Origin: a virus
Virus record (IMG/VR): IMGVR_UViG_3300042862_000066
Span: 1 to 64,000 of that record
Length of the DNA stretch: 64,000 nucleotides
Direction: 5' to 3' (one strand)
Below the pieces are notes generated by a model. It was given only the letters and a program-made list of their open reading frames with translations. It was not told the DNA's origin and made no database searches. Position 1 is the first letter of the stretch, and the number at the start of each line of letters is the position of its first letter. Positions 36,901 to 45,819 of this stretch are shown here, piece after piece. The position numbers and the translations under genes were made by a program.

Positions 36901-39619
36901 TAACTGTTGCACCTACATCTAACTTCTCAACTGTTTCAACAGTATCTCTAATCTCAGTTGCTGTCTCAGGATTAACTGCAGCTTTTCTAGCTTTCTGCAC
37001 TTCTAAAGAATGGTTAATCATACTATTCTTTAAACGATTTAAAGCATCAAAGGCTTGTTGCTTTTGCTCACCAATAGCCTGTTGTTTAGCATCACCTTGT
37101 TTGAAGATGGCTATTTCCCCCTGTAAAGATTCTAGTTCGGCGTCTAGCTGTCCTTCATTAAATATGCTACTAATTCTACCGGCTGTAACTTTTGATAAGA
37201 TTGGATCCTCAGCTATAGTATTTAAAATACCTCCCATTCTACTCTGAGATCTATCAAATGTATATTCGTTATAGATAGCTTGTTTCCTTGCTTCTTCAAA
37301 ACCAATATAATCTATTCTCTCATCTATATCATCAGCGTCAACGCTAAATGGATTATTAATGCTAGAATATTTTTCATGACGCTCTTTAATCTGAGTAGCT
37401 TTATCTAATACAGCATCTAAACGTCCTCTTACATCTTTATTAAATTCATCTTTATTTCCTGACTCGGATGTATAGTTAAATGCTTCAGCAAGTTCTTCAT
37501 CGCTCATTCCTTGGTAATCCTCAATCTGATTTGTAAACAGATCGGCGTATCCCTTATTAATAAGCATTGATACGTGAGAGAATATAGAATCTTGTACAGC
37601 GTCTCCGTGTTCTTTCTTATCTCCGTTGTCTTCAGCGCGATCCATAATCTGAGAGAAATCCTTCTGCGCTTTAATATTGGCGTAGATAGGATCAAATGTT
37701 TTAGTAGGATCTGCCGCAAGATCATTTAAGAAAGTAGTAATCTTAGTTCTTTGTTCTTCTTTTTCTTCTCTCTGTCTTTGATATTGCTCAGGATTCTTAT
37801 ACTTATCGTACATATTTTTAGCGGCCTGAGGAGCTGCCTCAAATGCTAAAGACTGAGGACCTTGTACCAATCCTCCCATTAAGAAACCAGAGAAGAAAGT
37901 CTCAGCACCTTTTGCAGATAGCTGGCTTTTAAATCCTTCATTTAATGAGTCCATGAAGAAAGCAGTTCCTGCTCTTTCTGGACTAGCATATGTATCAAGG
38001 TAGTAGTTTGTCATTGCTTCAGATACGCCTTCTTGATAACTTTCTTGAAGACCCTCTGCAAGATTAGCTGACATATATCTTAAACCATTCTTAGCAAGAT
38101 TCTGAGGTCTAAACTGATTAACGGTATGCTTTAGATATTTTTTACTAAACCAACTTCTAGGATTAGAGGTGTCAATAAATCCTGCATATTTGCCACCGGC
38201 CTTCTTAGAAAAATTCTCAACCATCTTACCTAAGTTACCAGTTGGAATATTTCTAAAAGCTTTAAATCCTCCTAATGCTTTTTCGAATACAATTTTGTTA
38301 GAGAAAAATATAGCCGGGGCATTTGCTAGAGTAGTTTGTACACCAGCAGCTTTAGCTTGTTTAGCAATATCCTCGGCATCTTGTCCTATAGGAGCTTTAC
38401 CATTTTTAGTAATGTACTCTTGAATCAATTTATCTTGAACACCGTTTTGAACCATACCGCCCTCTAATCTAGATTCAGCTAGAGTCGTGTTCATCATTCT
38501 AAGGTCTCTATAGAAGCCGCCAAATGTTTTAGATACCTTGGCAAATTCGCCCATCTTATCAAAACCGTTTGCCCCAGTAGAAATGTTTTTTAATACATCT
38601 ACTGTATTATCAAGAGGATTCAAGAAGTTTCCTACTCCTCCCCAGAATTTTCTAGCGCTACTTATATTATTAAGACTATTACTTGCTGTACTCATAGTGC
38701 GGCCAGCATCTGTAACGTTCAATCCTGCACGAGTAATATCAGCTGCATTTTCAGCAGCCTTCATTCCTCCAAATAGTCCTTTAACAGCTTTTGTAAAACG
38801 ACCAGCATTTACTGCGGTTCTCCCAGCGGCTGCAGCATCAGATACAGGATTTAATCCTCCTTGTAATGCTGCCGCTCCCCATAGAGCTATTTCTTCTGCG
38901 GCTATCTCTCCGATTACTCCAAACGTATATGCAGAGTTTGCATATAGGTTAGTAGCAAATCCTCCAAATCCTTTTCTACTAGAGTTAGCAATAGACATTG
39001 CCTCTTCCATTTCTCTAGCATACTTAGTATCGCCAGCAGTATTTAAACTAAATAAGTCATCCCAGTTACCGAAGGTTTGTTTAAAACCCATTCCTGCTAG
39101 AGTACCCCATTGACTAGAGGCCCTTTTAAAGTCGTCCCATGCTGTACTATTTTGATTATAGTAAGCCTCATTATCTATATAGGGATTCCAACCAAGTTGC
39201 TTAAACTTTGGATGGTTATAATATCTATCAAAGTTATGTTCTTTTCCTGCACCGCTTGATATACCCCATACCTTTGCTGATTCTACAGCAGTAGGTTTAG
39301 CAACAGCTCCAGGACGGTAGGTGTTAGATACTAATTGATTCATTAAATCAATAGTACCATTCCCTTTACTACTAGGACCTTTAAAAGATGCTTGACCTGA
39401 TCTATAGGGATCATAACTATTTGGCCCCAAGTTTTTAGGAATACCGTTTGGTATCATGTTCCCAATACTGGAACTTCCCATTATCTCATCTACCCCTTGT
39501 TTTATCCTAGGTAGATCCTGATCCATTCTAGCCTTAGTCTGACTAAGTAATGTTAAGTACTGATCAATAGGATCTCCCTTTGGAGGAGTTGCGGTCATCA
39601 TATCAGCGGCTGATCTCAT
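33956..39619 (-). CDS. giant virion/ejection protein (1887 aa) with Gly/Ala-rich membrane-like segments
   Basis: Directly upstream of the vRNAP (TAATG overlap); AEGLQE and FFSGFLMGGL segments resemble podovirus DNA-transfer proteins. Confidence 0.7.
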   Translation of the reverse strand: MRSAADMMTATPPKGDPIDQYLTLLSQTKARMDQDLPRIKQGVDEIMGSSSIGNMIPNGIPKNLGPNSYDPYRSGQASFKGPSSKGNGTIDLMNQLVSNTYRPGAVAKPTAVESAKVWGISSGAGKEHNFDRYYNHPKFKQLGWNPYIDNEAYYNQNSTAWDDFKRASSQWGTLAGMGFKQTFGNWDDLFSLNTAGDTKYAREMEEAMSIANSSRKGFGGFATNLYANSAYTFGVIGEIAAEEIALWGAAALQGGLNPVSDAAAAGRTAVNAGRFTKAVKGLFGGMKAAENAADITRAGLNVTDAGRTMSTASNSLNNISSARKFWGGVGNFLNPLDNTVDVLKNISTGANGFDKMGEFAKVSKTFGGFYRDLRMMNTTLAESRLEGGMVQNGVQDKLIQEYITKNGKAPIGQDAEDIAKQAKAAGVQTTLANAPAIFFSNKIVFEKALGGFKAFRNIPTGNLGKMVENFSKKAGGKYAGFIDTSNPRSWFSKKYLKHTVNQFRPQNLAKNGLRYMSANLAEGLQESYQEGVSEAMTNYYLDTYASPERAGTAFFMDSLNEGFKSQLSAKGAETFFSGFLMGGLVQGPQSLAFEAAPQAAKNMYDKYKNPEQYQRQREEKEEQRTKITTFLNDLAADPTKTFDPIYANIKAQKDFSQIMDRAEDNGDKKEHGDAVQDSIFSHVSMLINKGYADLFTNQIEDYQGMSDEELAEAFNYTSESGNKDEFNKDVRGRLDAVLDKATQIKERHEKYSSINNPFSVDADDIDERIDYIGFEEARKQAIYNEYTFDRSQSRMGGILNTIAEDPILSKVTAGRISSIFNEGQLDAELESLQGEIAIFKQGDAKQQAIGEQKQQAFDALNRLKNSMINHSLEVQKARKAAVNPETATEIRDTVETVEKLDVGATVSYKGKAGKPINGKIISKKNNKVVIQYTDAKGNTKTKEVSVNSKSLTIIGATRQTELNFEESDAASRHVDYFKKEMRGDLENYLKVLAAASAKGGKPLLATDIDRVYGMLEDYLELDVDSKAASMMVNLLNDPMYFSESAKKFSGAARAAHQIAAKKLQESLSEFENRMKVNDLIREMYEKFNVFFMPDEIDALMRGERVPSTFYDAATKKPIETNSPRYKEILDFLEDFEEENGFNLAGKVIAEEGAESFVRAYDFKSKNDKRSLRDLMKGLGLDPKLKSQMVKTSDVLDYIIANRYGKPAARALARRMLTFVKPEEEMEISTTQPIAFSYSKNDGIIVDLRYSASDFGDIQVAFEYSVLNPLIQKMTEEGLSDPAFSKAIKGLMDAAITFREANKDSLTDPNDVAVFNTMLASPEKFMAEALTNPLAQNALNAIPYEKTNENLWTELVDKIRKFLGKLLGFKKVSSNSALDEAVGIISNKFQGNPILSKGESNVITPTTTAGGQAITVDTPMNEMPKDLQTILRADLKLFNQEQIANNKPIIPDSDISRYIKREPRAARVIANYNKRNGLTGAPVTVDPSAVKEQKEVDGYTVYLYNDDTYNVIKDGEIIAEYLDTEEQAMAAIDAHKKGNKPKSKVKSKFKGKIIYTTVHNNMDVSALGEDVINTDDIFKEVLADNGIAVGDKNLGDVLFSLFKSDSKKAAEVYAETLTRMQAAADAGNTVITTSGRFAKNADMILINKNDDVIEEALGKKAVANIRSYELGAKKAKVSKNIEMFEITEQVGDVLTGKAKTYTVKERIKGKVKQSIEDATTLEELEDIRNNTTNLMAEDEGLSIEDFTKLMNKKMQELSSKIPTFEEVGKNDLLVMKDRKKYGRSGIVQVLGKNTSDNTIRIKPLNSEETMILNPTDLKNGVEYMYRQNAENIPTGVTVTPDEVENSNTNVSNAVDVNGVDAINADLEKAKAADQKEIDDEFDNSLGCE

Positions 39620-42600
39620 TGATTTTCAAGTAATTGATTAGCATCGTACACTTTATTACCACTGTTTGCCGAAGCAGATTGTAAGAATCTTTGGTTAGCC
39701 ATTGATAAACCTGAGAACATCTCGTTATAAGTATTACTTAATGCATTAATATCTTCATAGGTTGTTCCAAATATAGGCTGTTGTACCAGTTGACCTGCAG
39801 CATTAAATGCTTTTGCCATACCCGTATAACTATATCCACCCGTAGCATTTTTAGCAAACTGAATATTACCTCCGTACTGGTTATAGTTATTAAGCTCTAA
39901 TCCTCCATTATCTACTAAAAATTCTTCTTTAGTTTGTTGCATAGATAAGAATCCTACTGACTTAACCTTATCGGCATCCATGAAGAATGTAATCTCTGGG
40001 GACTGTCCTGCTGCTACTTTGGCTGCAAGATCCCAAGTTGCTCCATGAAGATCATCTGTACCTTTATTCTCATTGATAAAACTCCTACTTGGTTTCCAAG
40101 TCATAGCTACTTTAGTAGCATCATTTGCTGCAAGAGCATGCATGGTAAATTGGCCAGAAGGTCTATTAGGATTTTGATCAGGCTTACCCCCATAATTTAA
40201 CATTGCTGTTTGCATCATGAAGTTTAAAGCATTTTGTGCTGACCCGTCATTTTCTAAGTTAGCATAGTCACCAGCAGTAATATCAAAACCATTTCCATAT
40301 ACAAACTTACTACCTTGCTGATTTCTGAAAGATTCAGATTGCATAGCAGGTAACATATCTTTTGTATAAGCATCCATTGCAATAGAGAATGAATTTGTAT
40401 TATAAGCGGCTGGATCAAAATTATATGTAGCGGCTTCTCCAAAATACTTGTTTAGTCCTCCTAATAAGCTAGGATCGCTAAATGCCTTAATCTCTAGGCC
40501 TGATGTATTATTCTTTGACAGTGTTTCATATGCCTCAGTTAAGTCTTCATACTTATCTATAGCATCTTCTCGCATATCAGCAATACGATCTTCCTCTGAT
40601 ATACTAAAGGTGTCGGCTCTTTGATAACCACCTTGTTCAGTTCTAGGATAATACTGTTCATCGTTTTTATGAGCCTCAATGTAATCAGTAAGGTATTCAT
40701 CTTCTGTTTTTGCTCTACCGAAATCACTAGTAAAATACTGTCCAGAATGCCAAGAATCGACATTAGAAATTCCTGAAATTTGCGATGCAATTTTCTGATT
40801 ATTTTCTTTTTGAATAGCTGTATACTTATCTAGCACAGCAATGTTACTAAGCATCTCCCCGTTATTAGCATCAATTCTATTTTGAATTTGTACTAATGAC
40901 GGATTATTTTTATCTATACCATTAAATCCATTATGTAATGCTAAGTTAATTCTATCGTTTACTTTTAGATAGTAGTCATTATGGTTAGGATCTGTTGTAT
41001 TTTTTAGACCGTCTGCATAAAGTTCATACTCTCCTTTGTCATTCTTTTTAACAAGTCCTCCTTTATAAACTTTCTCTGTTTTAGGGACAACTTTTTCCAC
41101 AGTTGGTGCAAGCCAGTTTGCAAGTTGCATCATCTTCTGGTCTCTCCATGATATTCCTGACCCCTCGATTACACTTTTATTATAGGTTGTTAGATCTACA
41201 TCAGCTAAAGGATTATACCAAGCTGGTGCTTCAACATTTTCGTAAGTAGTTTTATCTTCTTCAGTATATAATCCTAGAGTAGAATTAATCTCCTGCTCTA
41301 TTAATGTTTTTTCTTCTGGAGTTGCAGCATTCTTTAATCTAGCATTTTGAATAGCCAGATACTGATCCATGTTATTCTGAGCATAAGAGGTATTGGCCGT
41401 GAATAAGTTATTTAATTTACCTGCATTCTGTTGACTAATATTTGTATCTCCCGATACATTACCCGGTCCAGGAATTTTTGTAAGAATTCCTTGGTTAAAC
41501 ATGTCTGATAACCATCCTGCTCCTGATCCAGATCCGGGTACGGTATTTCCACCGTTCTCATACATCTTACCAGCGATATCCATTATCTTTAATGTCTTAT
41601 CATTATCGAATCGTATACCTTCTTCTATTACTCTATATCTATGATTAGTAGCAGCTAAAGCGTATTGATCCACTTCTGAATCTACTTTCATTTTTGACAT
41701 AGCATAATCCCTAGCAGTAGTAGTAACTAGACCATCCATTAGGAAATAAGTCATTGCGTTATCTACTCGGTATCTTAAACCTTGGCGGTCCATAGCATCA
41801 AAGTCTATAGCATCTGTTTGGCTTAAAACCTCATCATTTTTTTCTGTTACCGCATCTATAACCTGTTCATCCTTAACTACTTGTCTATACATTTCCACAA
41901 TGTCTTTATCCAAGTCTGGATCTACTCCCTCAGTCTGAATTTTTTTCTCAAGAACTTTTTTAGTAGTCTTTGTCTTATCTTTAGTCTCAGTATCTGTTTG
42001 ATTCTGGGCTCTATAAAATGTATTAATCTCGTCAACCTTTGTTTTAAGATATTCTGTTTCTGCTGCCATTTCATCTCCACCAAACTTTTCAGCATTAGTC
42101 TTCATATAGTTCTTACGATCTACATAAGCTTGTGCGCTGTACATATCTTTTATTCTAGGATCATTTACAATAAGACTGCTAAAGACATTTTGTAATGTAG
42201 GAATAGATTGTGGACCATTGGTAGTCTTAATAATATATCCCCCTTGCTTAGATAAAGTTTCAGGATTAAGATCATTAGCCTTAGCAAACTCAAATAGATC
42301 CTTAGTAGCGTTTACGAATGGCGAATACTTAGGAGCAGCAAAGTTTAAAGAGTCCTCGTCAGATGACTTAGCAAAATCTTCCGCTTGGTAATCCAAAGCT
42401 CTATCGCCAACATCCCATGCTGTAACACCTTTATCTTTTGGATTAGGGTTATTACGTAAACGATCAGCCTTTGACTTCTCTCCTCTATATCGCTTTGTAA
42501 AAGACATGTCAGCTCTAAAGTAATCATTATCTATTAGAGGCTGAAATAACTTAGATGCCGTCTGTACGTTTTCTGGTAAAGATAAATCGACGCCTGATAG

Positions 42601-42831
42601 ACGCTTTATCTCATTATCTAACCCCGTAAAGAATTCATTACGACGTTCGATGTTAGGTTCCCGCATCAAGTCAGAATTTAACAACTTGCCATATACGGAG
42701 CTGATTTTATTATAACCAGCTTCATACTGACCTTGCTTCGTTTCCAAAGCTTTTTGAAAGAAGTTAAAGTCCGGCTGAAAAGGCTGGATCTGAGGGATGT
42801 AATCTGTTAGTCCTTGTATGTACGTTGCCAT
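39616..42831 (-). CDS. putative internal virion protein (1071 aa)
   Basis: Long Cys-free ORF coupled to the giant-protein operon; N-terminus MATYIQGLTDYIPQIQPFQPD. Confidence 0.6.
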   Translation of the reverse strand: MATYIQGLTDYIPQIQPFQPDFNFFQKALETKQGQYEAGYNKISSVYGKLLNSDLMREPNIERRNEFFTGLDNEIKRLSGVDLSLPENVQTASKLFQPLIDNDYFRADMSFTKRYRGEKSKADRLRNNPNPKDKGVTAWDVGDRALDYQAEDFAKSSDEDSLNFAAPKYSPFVNATKDLFEFAKANDLNPETLSKQGGYIIKTTNGPQSIPTLQNVFSSLIVNDPRIKDMYSAQAYVDRKNYMKTNAEKFGGDEMAAETEYLKTKVDEINTFYRAQNQTDTETKDKTKTTKKVLEKKIQTEGVDPDLDKDIVEMYRQVVKDEQVIDAVTEKNDEVLSQTDAIDFDAMDRQGLRYRVDNAMTYFLMDGLVTTTARDYAMSKMKVDSEVDQYALAATNHRYRVIEEGIRFDNDKTLKIMDIAGKMYENGGNTVPGSGSGAGWLSDMFNQGILTKIPGPGNVSGDTNISQQNAGKLNNLFTANTSYAQNNMDQYLAIQNARLKNAATPEEKTLIEQEINSTLGLYTEEDKTTYENVEAPAWYNPLADVDLTTYNKSVIEGSGISWRDQKMMQLANWLAPTVEKVVPKTEKVYKGGLVKKNDKGEYELYADGLKNTTDPNHNDYYLKVNDRINLALHNGFNGIDKNNPSLVQIQNRIDANNGEMLSNIAVLDKYTAIQKENNQKIASQISGISNVDSWHSGQYFTSDFGRAKTEDEYLTDYIEAHKNDEQYYPRTEQGGYQRADTFSISEEDRIADMREDAIDKYEDLTEAYETLSKNNTSGLEIKAFSDPSLLGGLNKYFGEAATYNFDPAAYNTNSFSIAMDAYTKDMLPAMQSESFRNQQGSKFVYGNGFDITAGDYANLENDGSAQNALNFMMQTAMLNYGGKPDQNPNRPSGQFTMHALAANDATKVAMTWKPSRSFINENKGTDDLHGATWDLAAKVAAGQSPEITFFMDADKVKSVGFLSMQQTKEEFLVDNGGLELNNYNQYGGNIQFAKNATGGYSYTGMAKAFNAAGQLVQQPIFGTTYEDINALSNTYNEMFSGLSMANQRFLQSASANSGNKVYDANQLLENQ

Positions 42832-42863
42832 ATCTTATTGTAAAAATACGAAAAAAAATCTTT

Positions 42864-42880
42864 AAAGTTTAATAAACTTT
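42864..42880. promoter_or_regulatory. imperfect palindrome AAAGTTT-AAT-AAACTTT upstream of the ejection-protein operon
   Basis: Intergenic inverted repeat, with another AAGTTTA half-site at about 42883-42889. Confidence 0.35.
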
Positions 42881-42892
42881 TTAAGTTTAAAT

Positions 42893-45817
42893 TTAAAATG
42901 CTCCCACTAAGTAACTATACGGAATAGGTCCTCCCTTCTTCTGATAATAGTTAGGATTCTCTCCTGCTGCATAAGTTGCCGGATTTCCTGCCGCTGGTGC
43001 TGCCTCATTATAAGCATTAAAGTAAGCTTGGTTTTGAGGATCCAGCATTGGTTTAGATTTTCCTTTTGTCCAAACTGCAGCTGCTGCGCCTGGATCTATA
43101 TCAGGATTATCTCTCATGAATTGAGCAAATGCTTCAGCATCACTTGCCACGCTATTTGCGTTTTCGTTAGCTATAACATCTCTTCCTTTTATGAAATCCA
43201 TATCTCCTCCTGATGCAGGATCAATATGGTAATTAGGATACATAGCGTTTAGCACCTGAGTTTTTGATCTATTAGTGTAAGCATCTGAAAGAGCTTCTGT
43301 CCATTTTGCACCAGCGTCTCTCTTCGCATTATCGTAGTTTTGATTAAGTGTATTAACCTGGTCAACGTAAGTTTGAATATTTTGTTTATTCATAGCCTGT
43401 GATTTGTTCATTATATCGGCAACCTTATATGAATACTCGTTAGCAGTATTAACATTAAGACCGTTATAACGTCCCATAGTTTGACCTATAATCTCTGCAA
43501 GCTTTCCTTGAGTTTCGGAAGCTCTTGCCCCCAAAGCTTGAGTAGATCCAGATACAGCTCTTGCCACATCCATTGCTCCTCTTGCGGCAGAGACATTAGC
43601 ATAGTTTTCTTGCTCAGGATTGTAGTATGTAACATTCGGTAAAGTCGGCGACATTGTTTGCAATGACGGATAATACTTATTAATGTTAAAGTAATTCTGT
43701 GCGGCATTCGCATTACGAAGTCTGTCCTGTAACCAGAATGGTGTATACTGGTCTCCTTTAACATAGTCAGGAGATTTTGGTTGTTTTATAGTTGGATCAA
43801 GTAATCTTGACTCTTCTGTTTCCGTAGGGTTTAGCGGATCAACTTTTCTCTCAAAAGTAAAAGCATCAGCATGCTCTAATCCTAATTTTTTGTCGTCGCT
43901 TAATCCTGGACGAAATTCTCCGGGATTAAAGAAGTTTTCTACTGCGTCAACATAGTTAAGGTTAGTTACAACGTTACCGTCTTTATCTTTAATTTCTCTA
44001 GCTGTCTTAACTCTTTTATTTCCTTGAATAAAAGCTTCTGTGTATAACTGGTCAGGCTTTGAGATATTAGCTTTGATATGTGAATCATTTATATCCATGC
44101 CCAAAGAGTAGAACATATTCTTTCTATTCGCTGTTTTACCATCAACATCCCCTACGGTTACTTCAGGAAGTGCTTCCCATTGTTCAGGAGTACCATTTGG
44201 ATTGCGAGCTTTCCAGAAACGATATTCATAAAATGATGGGTCAGTATAACCAAAAAAACCGCCTCCAGATTTTTGTCGAGACACTTGATATTTAGGTTCA
44301 TCTGGTACGCCTAATACATCTGACTCTGCTCCATAAGATAAAAACTTAGTTAAGAAATCTTTCTCAGCCGTAGTCATTTTACCACGAGCTTCAGACTTTA
44401 TATCCCAACCAGGATTGTACGTATTATCATTATCTTTCCACTTCTCAGCATGATAAACAGCCGCCTTAGCATCCTCTAATTTTTTTAGTATTGCTTCAGC
44501 CTTTATTTTATCTTCTTCAAGATTTCCAGTATAGTTTGTTTTACCTGACTTAGTAGTAGAAATAGGTTTAGTTTGATCATATGATGAGACCTTGTAATAC
44601 TTACCGTCTTCCTCATAGACATCTCCAGAATTCACGGCCTTGTCTTTAGATACAATTTTAGTATTAGCATCTACCGCAGGCTTCACTACTTTCTTTACAA
44701 TATATTTTTTACCGTTCTTTACAACGATACTCTCTCCTTCTTTTAATTCTACAGTAGGCTCTGTTGTTGTAGTAGGACCGTATTGTACAAAGTCTTTAAT
44801 TTTTGTTCCATAACCATCTACATAATAAACGGCACCATTAGCATCAGTTCTTACAAATATACCAGAGTTAGGATCAGGACGATTAGGATTACTTTGATCT
44901 AAACTACTAGGTTGATTTATTACTTCACTTAAAAGTTTTTTATACACATCATCATAGTATGCTCTTTCTCCATCGCGTTGAGCTCTTCTTTCTGCTTTTC
45001 TTTGCTTTCTAGGATTATCATATACCATATCATTAGGATCTGGTTCTCCTGTAGTTCCGCCCGGGGCATATTGTCTTAGATGACTCATCTGTCCTCCTCG
45101 TCTAGCCATAGGCATTTGAGGGGGCATCATTTCTTCTTGTTGACTAGCCATAGCTCCTTGCTGCATTGCCATCATCTCTTCCTCTGGAGCAGAAGGCATA
45201 CCTTGCTGAGGTTGCTGAGGTTGTTCCGGTTGTAAATCAGTCGGCATAAATATACTAGGATCTAACTGATACTTTGCTAGATACGGCATTGCAACTGTAG
45301 GAAGTCCTCCAGGAAAACCTTTCATTGATTCTTGAATCAATGCTAATTTAGCTAACTTAACATTATAGTTCGCTATAACTTGTTCGGCCGTACTTACTTG
45401 TAAAGCATCTGAGTTAGCATCAATTAATATCTTACGGTATGTATTTATATCATACTTCTTTGCTATCTCTGCTGGAGTATATCCTCCTTTCTTCTCAGGC
45501 ATTCCGAATTCTGCAAGTTGTACAGGATCTTTAATTCTCATTGATCTAGTATCACTAAAGATAAATGATTCTGCCGGAATAGCTAAAGGTACACCTCCTT
45601 CAAAGTGACGTTTACCTTTAATATTATAGTGTGCTGGTCCACCTTGCTTATTAGGGATAAGAACGGTCTCTCCTCCTTCTGCTTCAAGGTTAGCAACTTT
45701 CCTAGGAACACCACTTAAATATTTGCGAATATCAAGGGGCTTTTTACCTAAAGTGTTTGGGATATACTGCGGAGCCATTTGGTTCCCAGTACGTATGTTA
45801 TTATTGTTACCGTACAT
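42893..45817 (-). CDS. putative internal virion (cargo) protein, 974 aa
   Basis: N-terminal EAEGGE...KRHFEGGV...FIFSD domain of the kind seen in crAss-like virion proteins; Q/P/M-rich linker; GG motifs; no Cys. Confidence 0.6.
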   Translation of the reverse strand: MYGNNNNIRTGNQMAPQYIPNTLGKKPLDIRKYLSGVPRKVANLEAEGGETVLIPNKQGGPAHYNIKGKRHFEGGVPLAIPAESFIFSDTRSMRIKDPVQLAEFGMPEKKGGYTPAEIAKKYDINTYRKILIDANSDALQVSTAEQVIANYNVKLAKLALIQESMKGFPGGLPTVAMPYLAKYQLDPSIFMPTDLQPEQPQQPQQGMPSAPEEEMMAMQQGAMASQQEEMMPPQMPMARRGGQMSHLRQYAPGGTTGEPDPNDMVYDNPRKQRKAERRAQRDGERAYYDDVYKKLLSEVINQPSSLDQSNPNRPDPNSGIFVRTDANGAVYYVDGYGTKIKDFVQYGPTTTTEPTVELKEGESIVVKNGKKYIVKKVVKPAVDANTKIVSKDKAVNSGDVYEEDGKYYKVSSYDQTKPISTTKSGKTNYTGNLEEDKIKAEAILKKLEDAKAAVYHAEKWKDNDNTYNPGWDIKSEARGKMTTAEKDFLTKFLSYGAESDVLGVPDEPKYQVSRQKSGGGFFGYTDPSFYEYRFWKARNPNGTPEQWEALPEVTVGDVDGKTANRKNMFYSLGMDINDSHIKANISKPDQLYTEAFIQGNKRVKTAREIKDKDGNVVTNLNYVDAVENFFNPGEFRPGLSDDKKLGLEHADAFTFERKVDPLNPTETEESRLLDPTIKQPKSPDYVKGDQYTPFWLQDRLRNANAAQNYFNINKYYPSLQTMSPTLPNVTYYNPEQENYANVSAARGAMDVARAVSGSTQALGARASETQGKLAEIIGQTMGRYNGLNVNTANEYSYKVADIMNKSQAMNKQNIQTYVDQVNTLNQNYDNAKRDAGAKWTEALSDAYTNRSKTQVLNAMYPNYHIDPASGGDMDFIKGRDVIANENANSVASDAEAFAQFMRDNPDIDPGAAAAVWTKGKSKPMLDPQNQAYFNAYNEAAPAAGNPATYAAGENPNYYQKKGGPIPYSYLVGAF

Positions 45818-45819
45818 AT

